In this document: one piece after another, positions 9,508 through 18,230 of the stretch
How the letters are laid out: each line of letters opens with the position of its first letter
Position numbering within the stretch: position 1 is the first letter of the stretch
Origin: Candidatus Bathyarchaeia archaeon
Lineage (GTDB): Archaea; Thermoproteota; Bathyarchaeia; Bathyarchaeales; Bathycorpusculaceae
Reading direction: 5' to 3'
Assembly (NCBI GenBank): GCA_049521795.1
Contig: JBEKOM010000001.1
Span: 672,001-736,000 of the forward strand
Length of the DNA: 64,000 bases
Translations under genes and position numbers: made by a program
Notes under the pieces: generated by a model
Databases searched by the model: none
Seen by the model: only the letters and a program-made list of their open reading frames with translations
Told to the model about the DNA's origin: nothing

Positions 9508-11295
9508 ATGAAGGAAGAACCACGTGTTGGCGTCTTCATTTGCAGCTGCGGAGTTAACATCGGCGGCGTGGTCAACGTTCCGGAAGTCACTGAGTACGCC
9601 AAGAAACTTCGGAATGTAGCTCACGCCGAGTACAACCTCTACACGTGCTCAGAAGCCGGGTTAGACGCCATAAAAGACGCAATCAAGGAGCACGGTCTGA
9701 ACCGTGTTGTAGTCGCATCCTGCACGCCGAGAACGCACGAGCCGCTTTTCCGCGCTTGCTGCAAGGAAGCAGGCTTGAACCCATACCTGTTCGAAATGGC
9801 CAACCTCCGCGAGCACGTCAGCTGGGTACACGGGCATGAGCATCTGAAAGCGACAGAAAAGGCCAAGGACATCGTCAGGATGGCTGTGGCAAAAGCTGCT
9901 CTGCTTGAGCCTGAGACTGAACCGGAGGTTGAGGTCAAGGATGTTTCGCTCGTGATCGGAGCGGGAGTGGCTGGATTGTCAGCAGCCATCACCATGGCGA
10001 ACCAAGGTTTTAAAGTGTACTTGGTCGAGAAGGAGAAGGAACCAGGCGGAATTACTCATTGGCTCTACAAACTCTACCCAACACTGGCAGATTCCTCCGA
10101 AGTTGTCGGACCCATGGTGAAAGCCGCGAAGTCCCATGAGAACATTAGACTTATGACATCAACAACCCTCAAGGACGTCAGCGGCTACGTTGGCAACTTC
10201 AACGCTGTCCTGACAGGCCCGAAGGGTGATGAGGAAGTCAAGGTTGGCACGATAATAGTGGCCTCCGGCTCTTCTAACTACACGCCTCCAAACGGTTTTT
10301 ACCAATACGGCGTGAGCGACCGCGTGATAACGCAGAAAGAATTCGACGGGATGCTTAGAAAAGACGAACTTGGAACGCCGGAAAGAGTCGTGATGATACA
10401 GTGCGTCGGAGCAAGGAAAGGTGAAATCCAACCGTCGGAGCTTGAGGCCTTTCCAAAATCAGATACAGCCGAGCTTCTCAGAAAGATCCTCAAGGCACGA
10501 AAGGACGAAGGATGGCCCTACTGTTCAAGAATCTGCTGCATGAACGCCATAAAGAACGCCATACTTGTGAAAGAAAGGTCGCCCAAGACAGACGTAGTCG
10601 TACTCTTTGGGGACCTGAGAGTTTACAAGGAATACGAAGACTTCTATCGGAAGGCAAGAGATCTTGAAGTGAGGTTTGTGAGGCACATTGAGGTGAAGCC
10701 CGAAGTTGTACAGGAGCAGGGCGGCAAGCTCGCAGTGATAGCCTATGACGCGCTATCGGGCCTTGAGGTCAGATTTCCATCAGACTGGGTTGTTCTTTCA
10801 ACCCCGCTCATTCCCAACAAGGATGAGATTACGCTTGGAAGAATGCTGAAGGTCCCGATAGGAACCGACGGTTTCATGATGGAAGCCCACTTGAAGCTCA
10901 GACCGGTGGACACGAACGTGGACGGCGTTTTCGTCGCGGGCACCGTTTCTGGCCCGAAGGACGTTTCAGAGAGCATAATCGGCGGCGAAGCAGCAGCGGC
11001 AAGAGCGTCAATCCTGATGGGTAACAGAAAGGTCAGAACAGAAGCCATAACAGCCGTCGTAGACGAGGATCAATGCATCGGCTGCGGCCTGTGCGAGGAG
11101 ATCTGTCCCTACGGGGCGCCGAAGGTTCAGGATGGTAAGTCAAAAATCCTAGAGGTGCTCTGCAGAGGGTGCGGTTCATGCGCAGCAGAGTGTCCGAAAA
11201 GAGCGATAGCGATGCGTCATTTCGGCGAAGATCAGATACTTGCTCAAGTGAAGGCGCTTCTGATGCCTGAGGCTCTGAAGGAGGTAGCATCCTAA
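9508..11295 (+). CDS. hdrA: HdrA-like subunit matching the C-terminal half of the 1006-aa HdrA
   Basis: RVGVFICSCG, VVASCTPRTHEPLF, GAGVAG, EAHLKLRPVD, C-terminal 2x[4Fe-4S]; SD GGAGG upstream. Confidence 0.9.
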   Translation: MKEEPRVGVFICSCGVNIGGVVNVPEVTEYAKKLRNVAHAEYNLYTCSEAGLDAIKDAIKEHGLNRVVVASCTPRTHEPLFRACCKEAGLNPYLFEMANLREHVSWVHGHEHLKATEKAKDIVRMAVAKAALLEPETEPEVEVKDVSLVIGAGVAGLSAAITMANQGFKVYLVEKEKEPGGITHWLYKLYPTLADSSEVVGPMVKAAKSHENIRLMTSTTLKDVSGYVGNFNAVLTGPKGDEEVKVGTIIVASGSSNYTPPNGFYQYGVSDRVITQKEFDGMLRKDELGTPERVVMIQCVGARKGEIQPSELEAFPKSDTAELLRKILKARKDEGWPYCSRICCMNAIKNAILVKERSPKTDVVVLFGDLRVYKEYEDFYRKARDLEVRFVRHIEVKPEVVQEQGGKLAVIAYDALSGLEVRFPSDWVVLSTPLIPNKDEITLGRMLKVPIGTDGFMMEAHLKLRPVDTNVDGVFVAGTVSGPKDVSESIIGGEAAAARASILMGNRKVRTEAITAVVDEDQCIGCGLCEEICPYGAPKVQDGKSKILEVLCRGCGSCAAECPKRAIAMRHFGEDQILAQVKALLMPEALKEVAS

Positions 11296-11754
11296 ATGGC
11301 GAAACAAGACGTTGTTGGAGAGAAGACTAAGGAGGAGTTTGAGCCGGTAATCGTCGCGTACTGCTGCAACTGGTGCTCCTATGCAGGCGCAGACTTGGCC
11401 GGGACGAGTCGGTTCGAGTATCCGACAAACATCAGAATCGTCCGAATAATGTGCACGGGCAGAATGGACCCGACGCTGGTGCTGGAAGCACTGAGCATGG
11501 GAGCCGACGGCGTCATAATCGCCGGTTGCCACCCGGGTGACTGCCACTATCAAAAGGGCAACTACATGATGGAAAAGAGGTTTGAGTACATCAAGAAAGC
11601 CGTTCAGAGCATAGGCCTTGAGCCGGAACGCGTGAGGCTCGAATGGGTCTCAGCGAGTGAGGGAGGAAAATGGGCAGCTCTGATAAGAGAGATGACGGAG
11701 CAGGTGAAAGCCTTGGGGCCCAGTCCTTTCCGAGCAGCCGGGAACTCGAAATAG
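11296..11754 (+). CDS. mvhD: [2Fe-2S] hydrogenase delta subunit (copy 2)
   Basis: CCNWCSYAGADLAG, IMCTGR, GCHPGDCHY, WVSASEG. Confidence 0.93.
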   Translation: MAKQDVVGEKTKEEFEPVIVAYCCNWCSYAGADLAGTSRFEYPTNIRIVRIMCTGRMDPTLVLEALSMGADGVIIAGCHPGDCHYQKGNYMMEKRFEYIKKAVQSIGLEPERVRLEWVSASEGGKWAALIREMTEQVKALGPSPFRAAGNSK

Positions 11755-11763
11755 GTGAAAACG

Positions 11764-12108
11764 ATGAGCGAAAAGAAGGAGAAGATGAAGAGAAGGACTG
11801 ACGCCACCATAGATGCTTTCAAGTCTCAGAGGTTGCGGTGGGTCATGGGAAGGTCGCAGATTAAAGTGGAAGTTGAGGAAGACAAGTACAAGAAAGCGGT
11901 GGATTCGATTATGCACGATGAGGTTGAGAGAAGCCTGATCAAATGTGCCCTCAAGGAGAAAGGCCCGCTTACGGTGGAGGAGATTTCGCAGTTAACCGGG
12001 CTTCAGCCCAGTGTGATAGTTCAGCACATCATAGCTCTCAGAAAGAACGGCGTTATCGCGGAAGCTGGAGAAAAGAACAGGCAATATCTCTACACGTGCA
12101 TAGCTTAG
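11764..12108 (+). CDS. small winged-helix protein, last gene of hdr operon 2
   Basis: GPLTVEEISQLTGLQPSVIVQHIIALRKNG wHTH pattern; ATG 11764 follows SD AGGTGA (ORF track starts at GTG 11755). Confidence 0.75.
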   Translation: MSEKKEKMKRRTDATIDAFKSQRLRWVMGRSQIKVEVEEDKYKKAVDSIMHDEVERSLIKCALKEKGPLTVEEISQLTGLQPSVIVQHIIALRKNGVIAEAGEKNRQYLYTCIA

Positions 12109-12160
12109 CGTGCAAGCGCGTGTGGCAGGTCGAGTGTTCAAGTTGACCCCCCCGATTTTG

Positions 12161-12204
12161 TGGTAACGTTTTTGGTAATGTTGCTTGGTAATGCTGTGTG
12201 GTAA
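12161..12204 (+). repeat. four direct TGGTAA repeats
   Basis: TGGTAA at 12161, 12173, 12186 and 12199 (spacing 12/13/13 bp). Confidence 0.8.
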
Positions 12205-12422
12205 CAAGTCTTGAAGAGGCAGGCATGGCATTTTCCAATAGTCGATGGTCACTCGTTACGGTTCGGGCTTGGTGCTGCATTCTCTCTCGCTCTCAGGCCC
12301 TCCCCCCGGGTATCCTATATGAGCCAAATATGGTTGAAGACCAAGTGAGCAGCACAAACTACTTGCCAAAAGACTTCAGAAACACGCTGGCGCGCGGAGC
12401 AAACGGCAACGCGTTCTCTTGA

Positions 12423-12707
12423 CTACAGTTTTTCTATGCACTCTGGGTGTATGTCTCCGGGAAAGTCGTGGTCGTAAAAGTAGATCGTGCCTTTTTCCAC
12501 GTCGATTTCAGCGCGGTCGTGAACGGTCGCTCGATTCAAAAGATCCTGATAGTCCTCGCTGCTCGAGATCTGAACCTTTCTTAGAGATTTCTCTTTGGTG
12601 CTTAACGGTTTCTGGCACACTTCGCAGAGCATTTCAACTACGCGGATCAACTCGAAGCATTTGCCTCTCAGTTCCTCAAACTTGACTTCTCTCAGATCTT
12701 TTCTCAC
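12423..12707 (-). CDS. hypothetical protein, possible Zn finger (CEVC...HPEC)
   Basis: 94-aa ORF filling the gap, GGAG SD before GTG, CxxC plus HxxC. Confidence 0.6.
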   Translation of the reverse strand: MRKDLREVKFEELRGKCFELIRVVEMLCEVCQKPLSTKEKSLRKVQISSSEDYQDLLNRATVHDRAEIDVEKGTIYFYDHDFPGDIHPECIEKL

Positions 12708-12851
12708 AAGAGTCTCCGTTCTTCATTGTTTGCAAACCTGAGATATAATTGTATGCGCATCCCGCACTCCTGAAAGGGACATCTGATTTTGATTCGTATC
12801 GGAATCATTTTTATATACAGCCTGCCGACTTGAGGTAGTCTTCTCAGGGAA

Positions 12852-13109
12852 GTGGCACGCTTGTCTGAAAAGCTGAAGATAAGCCCGGAAAAAGCGAAAG
12901 AGATGCAGGAGCGCAATAAGGAGAGAAACCTGATTGTTCAGGCGATGAAGAGTCACGGCTCATCGACAGTTGAGGAGATTTCAAAGGTCACAGGCATTGA
13001 AAAGTCGAGGGTTTTGAGACACCTGATTGCGATGACAGCATTTGGAAAAGTGCAGATTGAAGGGGACCGAGACAACCAGATCGTCTATTGTCTACCGAAA
13101 GAAGACTAG
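12852..13109 (+). CDS. small winged-helix protein, paralog of 11764-12108
   Basis: ERNLIVQAMKSHGSSTVEEISKVTGIEKSRVLRHLIAM aligns by eye with the 11764 protein. Confidence 0.75.
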   Translation: MARLSEKLKISPEKAKEMQERNKERNLIVQAMKSHGSSTVEEISKVTGIEKSRVLRHLIAMTAFGKVQIEGDRDNQIVYCLPKED

Positions 13110-13121
13110 TTCTGGGGAGAA

Positions 13122-15944
13122 CTAGGTTTCCACGTTTTCCAAGATGTCGTTTTGTGACATATCAGTTCTCTCTGCTTGTTCCTGTCTTAATGGTTCCTGA
13201 GATTCTTGCTGTGCCTTCTCAGCGGTTTGACCCTCTGAGCATGGAATTTGCTCTTCCTCTCTCAAGTTGAGTGTTGCCTTAACCGTGCCATCACCTGCGT
13301 ACTCAGTCGTGAAGCCCATCTTCTTCATGAGGCTGATGGCTCTGTAGTTGTCTGGAAGTATTATGGCGTAGACGGTTTCAATCTTCATGTCTTTGCAGAT
13401 TTCAAGGGCGTAATCAACCATTTTTGTGCCCAAGCCGAGACCTTGCCATGGATCAGCAACGATGAAGGCTATTTCGCCTTTTTTCCCGTCTGGTTCAATA
13501 CTGACCCTTGTGACTCCGAGGATTTTTCTGCGACCGTCTTCGGTCAGTTCTGGCACTATGGCGATTTCTCTGTCGTAGTCAATGTTGCAGTAGCGGACTC
13601 TGGTCTCGTGCGGCGTGTCTTTCAATATTTGGAAGAAGCGGTAGCGTATCGATTCTTCTGAAAAGTTCTGGAACATTTCCAGCCACAGGGGTTCGTCCTC
13701 GGGCTTTATTGGTCTCAGAATGACTGTTCGGCCGTCTCGAAGTTTCCACAGTGTTTCGTATTTTTTCGGGTAAGGAGTTATCACAAGGTGCTCGTGAGGC
13801 TCAAGCTTCTTGAAGACGCGGTCCCTGTCGATCACGATGCGCGCATCAAGCGCAATTGCTTCTTTCTCGTCGATGAACAGTGGGTTGATGTCAACTTCCC
13901 TGAGCTGTGGAAAGTCCACGAGCATCTGGCTGAATCGCACGAGTATCTCTTCGAGGAGTTTGATGTTGGCTGGGGGCACGTTTCTGTAACCTTTTAGAAG
14001 CTGGTAGACCTTTGTCTCTTCCATCATTCTTCGAACCAAGGTTTGGTTAAGCGGGGGGATTCCGAGGGCGAAATCTTTGAACAGTTCGACGCCGACGCCT
14101 CCCATTCCGAAAAGTATCACGGGACCGAACAGCGGGTCGGCTTTTGCGCCGATTATGACTTCATAACCCTGCTTCTTCACCATGGGCTGCACGGTGACTC
14201 CCAGAACCTCGGCGCTTGGGTCGTGCTCTCTGCCCGCTTTCAAAATACGGTTGAAAGCGTTTCGAACTTCGGTTTCGTTGCTGATGTCGAGTATGACGCC
14301 GCCTGCGTCTGTTTTGTGCACTATCTTAGGCGAGAGGATTTTGAGCACGACGGGGTAGCCTATTTGCTGGGCTAAGAGGGCTGCTTCGTCTTCGGTTCGG
14401 GCAACTCTTGTCTTGACGACGGGTAGATTGTAGTATTCCAAGAACGTCTTGGCTTCAGCTTCGTTCATTGTTTCGCGATTCTCGTTTGCAACGTTTCTCA
14501 TTATGACCATCAGCGGCCGCTTCGGGGGGACAACGTCAACTGGAAGTTCTTCAGGTGTCTCGTACTGTAGCTCTAGGTTGCGTTTGTATTGGTACATGTA
14601 GTGATAAGTTTTGATTGCTTGTTCAGGTGTGGAGTATGTGGGGATGCTGTTTTCGTGAAATATTCGGTTTGCCTCTTCCACGGCTCCGTATCCCATGAAA
14701 GAAGTCAGGACCGTCTTGTTTAGAGAACCTCTGCTCTTGCACAGTTCCACGATGCTCTTGGCAACTTCAACAGGTTCAGCAACTGCTTGAGCAGTGTATA
14801 TTATGGCTATGCCGTCGACGTTTTCATCGTCCAAGCAAGCTTCGACCACTGCTCTGAACCTGTCAGCCTTGGCGTCTCCCAGAATGTCGATTGGATTTCC
14901 TCTGCTCCAGTAGTGCGGTAAGATGTGGTTGAGTTTCTCCATTGTCTTTTCACTGAGTTTCGCTAGCTTTCCTCCGCGAGCTATGAGAGCGTCGGTCGCC
15001 ATCACTCCTGGACCGCCTGCGTTTGTGATTATGGCAAGGTTTGGACCTTGTGGTATAGGCTGCATGCCCAAGACTTCAGCGCAGTTGAAAAGGTCAGCGA
15101 TGTCATCTACGCGGACCATTCCGGCACGCTTGAACGCCTTGTCGTATATCAAGTCCTCACCCGTCAGTGAGCCTGTGTGAGACGCAGCGGCTTTGGCGCT
15201 TTCGCTGAACTTTCCAGCCTTAACCACGATTATCGGTTTGGTTCTTGCGAAGTGTCTGCCTGCGCTCATGAATCCTCGAGCGTCAGTTATTCCTTCTATG
15301 TACATGAGGATGCTTCTTGTCTTGGGGTCGGTGCCGAAATAGTCTATTAGGTCGCCGAAATCGACGTCAATCATTGAACCCAAGGAGACGAAGTTGCTGA
15401 AGCCAATGTTTTCATGCGTCGCCCAGTCGAGAATAGCGGACCCTAACGCGCCGCTCTGTGATATGAAGGCTATTTTGCCGGGTTTCGGCATCTTGCTTAT
15501 GAAAGTGGCGTTGAGACTGATGCTTGGACGAATTACGCCTAGGCAGTTTGGCCCCACGATCCGCATGCCATATTTCTTCTTGATCTCGGTGATCCTGTCT
15601 TCCAGTGCCCTGCCTTCGGGCCCGATCTCTTTGAAGCCCGCTGAAATTATGATTACGCCGTTTATTCCGGCTTTTCCACACTGCTCAAGCACGTCTGGGA
15701 CCGTTCTGCTAGGAGTGGCGATTACGGCAAGGTCAACTGCTTCAGGAATCTGCTCCACACTTTCGTAGGCCTTGAGGCCTAGAATCTCGGTCTTATGAAG
15801 GTTGACTGGGAAAACCTTTCCCTCAAACTTCAAATCTATGAAATTCTTGATGATTGCATACCCAACAGAGCCCACTTCGTCGCTTGCTCCGACAACCGCG
15901 ATGCTCTTTGGACTAAAAATCTTGTCCAGGTTCAACGTAACCAA
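13122..15944 (-). CDS. ADP-forming acyl-CoA synthetase (alpha+beta) fused to a C-terminal GNAT domain (Pat/PatZ-like)
   Basis: IAVVGAS, GPNCLG, SQSGALG, SHTGSL, TNAGGPG, IVHKTDAGGV, DINPL, then LRPIKPED...WQGLGLG. Confidence 0.9.
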   Translation of the reverse strand: MVTLNLDKIFSPKSIAVVGASDEVGSVGYAIIKNFIDLKFEGKVFPVNLHKTEILGLKAYESVEQIPEAVDLAVIATPSRTVPDVLEQCGKAGINGVIIISAGFKEIGPEGRALEDRITEIKKKYGMRIVGPNCLGVIRPSISLNATFISKMPKPGKIAFISQSGALGSAILDWATHENIGFSNFVSLGSMIDVDFGDLIDYFGTDPKTRSILMYIEGITDARGFMSAGRHFARTKPIIVVKAGKFSESAKAAASHTGSLTGEDLIYDKAFKRAGMVRVDDIADLFNCAEVLGMQPIPQGPNLAIITNAGGPGVMATDALIARGGKLAKLSEKTMEKLNHILPHYWSRGNPIDILGDAKADRFRAVVEACLDDENVDGIAIIYTAQAVAEPVEVAKSIVELCKSRGSLNKTVLTSFMGYGAVEEANRIFHENSIPTYSTPEQAIKTYHYMYQYKRNLELQYETPEELPVDVVPPKRPLMVIMRNVANENRETMNEAEAKTFLEYYNLPVVKTRVARTEDEAALLAQQIGYPVVLKILSPKIVHKTDAGGVILDISNETEVRNAFNRILKAGREHDPSAEVLGVTVQPMVKKQGYEVIIGAKADPLFGPVILFGMGGVGVELFKDFALGIPPLNQTLVRRMMEETKVYQLLKGYRNVPPANIKLLEEILVRFSQMLVDFPQLREVDINPLFIDEKEAIALDARIVIDRDRVFKKLEPHEHLVITPYPKKYETLWKLRDGRTVILRPIKPEDEPLWLEMFQNFSEESIRYRFFQILKDTPHETRVRYCNIDYDREIAIVPELTEDGRRKILGVTRVSIEPDGKKGEIAFIVADPWQGLGLGTKMVDYALEICKDMKIETVYAIILPDNYRAISLMKKMGFTTEYAGDGTVKATLNLREEEQIPCSEGQTAEKAQQESQEPLRQEQAERTDMSQNDILENVET

Positions 15945-16110
15945 CGGTACAACCTTCTGAGTCTAGGTCTTGATGTTTTAGGGAAAATTAAACTTTATGT
16001 CTCAACAATACAGCTACGGCTTGGAAAACTCTCCTCTCAGCCCTCTCTGGCGAAGCAAAGTCTCCATTTAGAAACGCTTAATTCACCGTTTTCTCTACGG
16101 GAAATAATCA

Positions 16111-16989
16111 TTGGAAGCGACAACACCGATGCGTGCACATAGCAAGCTGGTCTCAGGCAGCGAGCGTGAAACCGGGGGCAAAGAAGAACCGTTAGCGTTG
16201 ATCTTCATATACGGTGGAGAGTTTGCGGAGCGAGTGATTAGGAATTTGATAAACGATCCCAGCTTCTGCAAGTCCTGCGACCTGTCCTGTGATTCTTGCA
16301 AGTACGGTGTGTACAGTTATGTTCGCAATGTTCGAGCAGCCGTTGAACTGCCGAGCCCTTCTGATCTTCCAGCTTTCATAGACTTTCCGGAAAAACATAT
16401 GCCGAAGAACATTCCTCGAGCTGATTTATGCGTTGCCTCAGGTTTGCATAAAGACCTACTGCTTGAACTGCCAAATCACTTGAAAAAAGCCGGAGTGAAA
16501 GGCTTGATCGTGCCAATAGAAGACTTCGTCGATGTTCCCTCGGGCTTGGTAAAGCAGATGGAGGAGAAGTGTCGAGAACTAGGCTTGGAAAGTGCGTTTC
16601 CAAAACCCTTCTGCTCACTGAAAGCATCAGCAAGTATGCCGACAATATCGAGGTTCGTGACTGAGCTCAACGTTGGTAGACCCTTTGTGGAAATCTCGAC
16701 GACGAAAAAAGGCGGTCACGAAATGATAGATTATACCATTGTGAGACGAAGCGCTCCATGCGGCTCCACATGGTACGTAGCAAAAAAACTGATAGGAACC
16801 GAAACGAAAAAGGACACACTCTATGACGTTGTCGCAAAGGCCCATCACAGCTACCCATGCACCGCGACGATGGGAGTGGACCCAGAAACGAAGGAGCCGA
16901 TACTTCACATGGGAGGCTACATAATACGAGAAGAAGTGGAGAAAGCGTTGAAGACAGCTAAAGTGAGACTTAAGGAAAAACGCAAATAG
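16111..16989 (+). CDS. DUF166-family protein with an N-terminal Cys cluster
   Basis: PKPFCSL, RSAPCGST, HHSYPCTATM, ILHMGG; CKSCDLSCDSC near N-terminus; true start may lie downstream. Confidence 0.7.
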   Translation: MEATTPMRAHSKLVSGSERETGGKEEPLALIFIYGGEFAERVIRNLINDPSFCKSCDLSCDSCKYGVYSYVRNVRAAVELPSPSDLPAFIDFPEKHMPKNIPRADLCVASGLHKDLLLELPNHLKKAGVKGLIVPIEDFVDVPSGLVKQMEEKCRELGLESAFPKPFCSLKASASMPTISRFVTELNVGRPFVEISTTKKGGHEMIDYTIVRRSAPCGSTWYVAKKLIGTETKKDTLYDVVAKAHHSYPCTATMGVDPETKEPILHMGGYIIREEVEKALKTAKVRLKEKRK

Positions 16990-17234
16990 GTCAGTTAATG
17001 GCTTTACTGTCTAAGAAAGCTCTGGAGAGCGAGACGCGCGCCAAATAATTAGAGAACTCTCAAACGGCGAAGTTATCGTCAAGCGCGTCCGGTGACCTAC
17101 CCCCCTCTAGTATTTTTCCGAGCTTCTAAGAGTCTCCCTGCAGAAGCTTAAACGTCTGCGGAGAGAGCGTGCTAGAAGCGAGGCTGGAAGTGGGCCCTGA
17201 CTTGTTTTGCGCTTGAAGTCTGGGGTGAGGCAGA

Positions 17235-17411
17235 GCGAAGAAACGAGTAGAATGTAAACTCGAAGAGGAGCTGGTTGATCGCATCGACAGGGTAGCTGAG
17301 CTTCTCAAGACGAACAGGAGAGACATCATCAGAAGCGCATGCATCGCTTATTTGAAGAACTTAGATATAGGCTCTAGGAAGAGCACCAAGGGTAGAATAT
17401 GTGGTTTATGA
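17235..17411 (+). pseudogene. ribbon-helix-helix (CopG-like) ORF lacking a canonical start codon
   Basis: (GCG)KKRVECKLEEELVDRIDRVAELLKTNRRDIIRSACIAYL...; SD GGGGTGA 6 nt upstream; GCG where GTG is expected. Confidence 0.6.
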
Positions 17412-17477
17412 GCGCTCGCCCCGCTATTGCGCAAGCCTTAAATTCTTTTTCAGATGTCGTTCATGATGGTGAATAAA

Positions 17478-17894
17478 ATGCCCAAATACAAAACTACAGC
17501 CAAATGGATTGAGAATGTTCGTTCGGTGGTTGACAATTCAAGAACGCATAGCGTTGTCTGCGACCTTTCCATCCCCGCGGGTGGAGACGACAAAGGTCCG
17601 ACTGCTATTGAACTGGCCATGATGGCCCTAGCAGACTGCGCCGTAACGATATTCGCGGATGTCTGCAAGCAGAGCAAAATTGAAATCACCAAAGTCGAGG
17701 CCGTAGCGGAAGCAGAAAAATCTCCCGACTCTCCCATATTGAGTGGAGTAACCGTGAAGACCAAAGTATGTGCAGTTGCGAGGAAAGAACTGCTGGAGGC
17801 CGCGTGGCGGAGAACTGAGGCAAACTGTCCAGTGCTATCCATATTCAAAGAATCAATTCCCTTGAAAGTGGAATTCGAAGTAGTGCCCAAATAG
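17478..17894 (+). CDS. OsmC/Ohr-like family protein
   Basis: GGDDKGPTAIEL...LADC and ANCPV Cys pair. Confidence 0.85.
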   Translation: MPKYKTTAKWIENVRSVVDNSRTHSVVCDLSIPAGGDDKGPTAIELAMMALADCAVTIFADVCKQSKIEITKVEAVAEAEKSPDSPILSGVTVKTKVCAVARKELLEAAWRRTEANCPVLSIFKESIPLKVEFEVVPK

Positions 17895-17940
17895 CCAGAA
17901 CAGCCTACTTTAGGCTGAAATGCAGAAAGGAGGTGAATCT

Positions 17941-18225
17941 TTGCTGTTTGTCGCTACCCATACCCATCAAGCCGCAAAATGTCCGTTACTAACGCCTGAA
18001 GGAAAAACAATGATCAAAATGCTCTTTTCAGATGAGAACGTTAGGAAGTCGGGTCTCAAAATAGTCGGAGCCTATATGAGTTGTCCAAAAGACAAGAGTA
18101 CTGATCATAAGGGTTTCTTCATTATAGACGCCGACAGTGCCTTAACGGTTTCAAAGTTCTTCGGTCAAATGGCTGTTGACGTAAGACCAGTCGTACCCTT
18201 CAGCGAAGTCGCGAAAACCATGTAG
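17941..18225 (+). CDS. hypothetical protein (HTH..CP N-terminus)
   Basis: TTG start after strong SD AGGAGGTGA; follows osmC on the same strand. Confidence 0.65.
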   Translation: MLFVATHTHQAAKCPLLTPEGKTMIKMLFSDENVRKSGLKIVGAYMSCPKDKSTDHKGFFIIDADSALTVSKFFGQMAVDVRPVVPFSEVAKTM

Positions 18226-18230
18226 CGCCG

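Noticed and set aside
1-12108. Selenocysteine in Mvh/Hdr subunits
   Set aside because: No in-frame TGA in the visible ORFs and Cys occupies the motif positions; the mvhA C-terminus is outside the window
12161-12204. CRISPR array
   Set aside because: Repeats are 6 bp with 6-7-bp spacers and there are no cas genes; no CRISPR-like array was seen anywhere in the window
11764-13109. wHTH proteins as Z-alpha domains reading the (GC)n tracts
   Set aside because: Only a generic wHTH similarity; the Z-alpha N..LY...W signature is not evident
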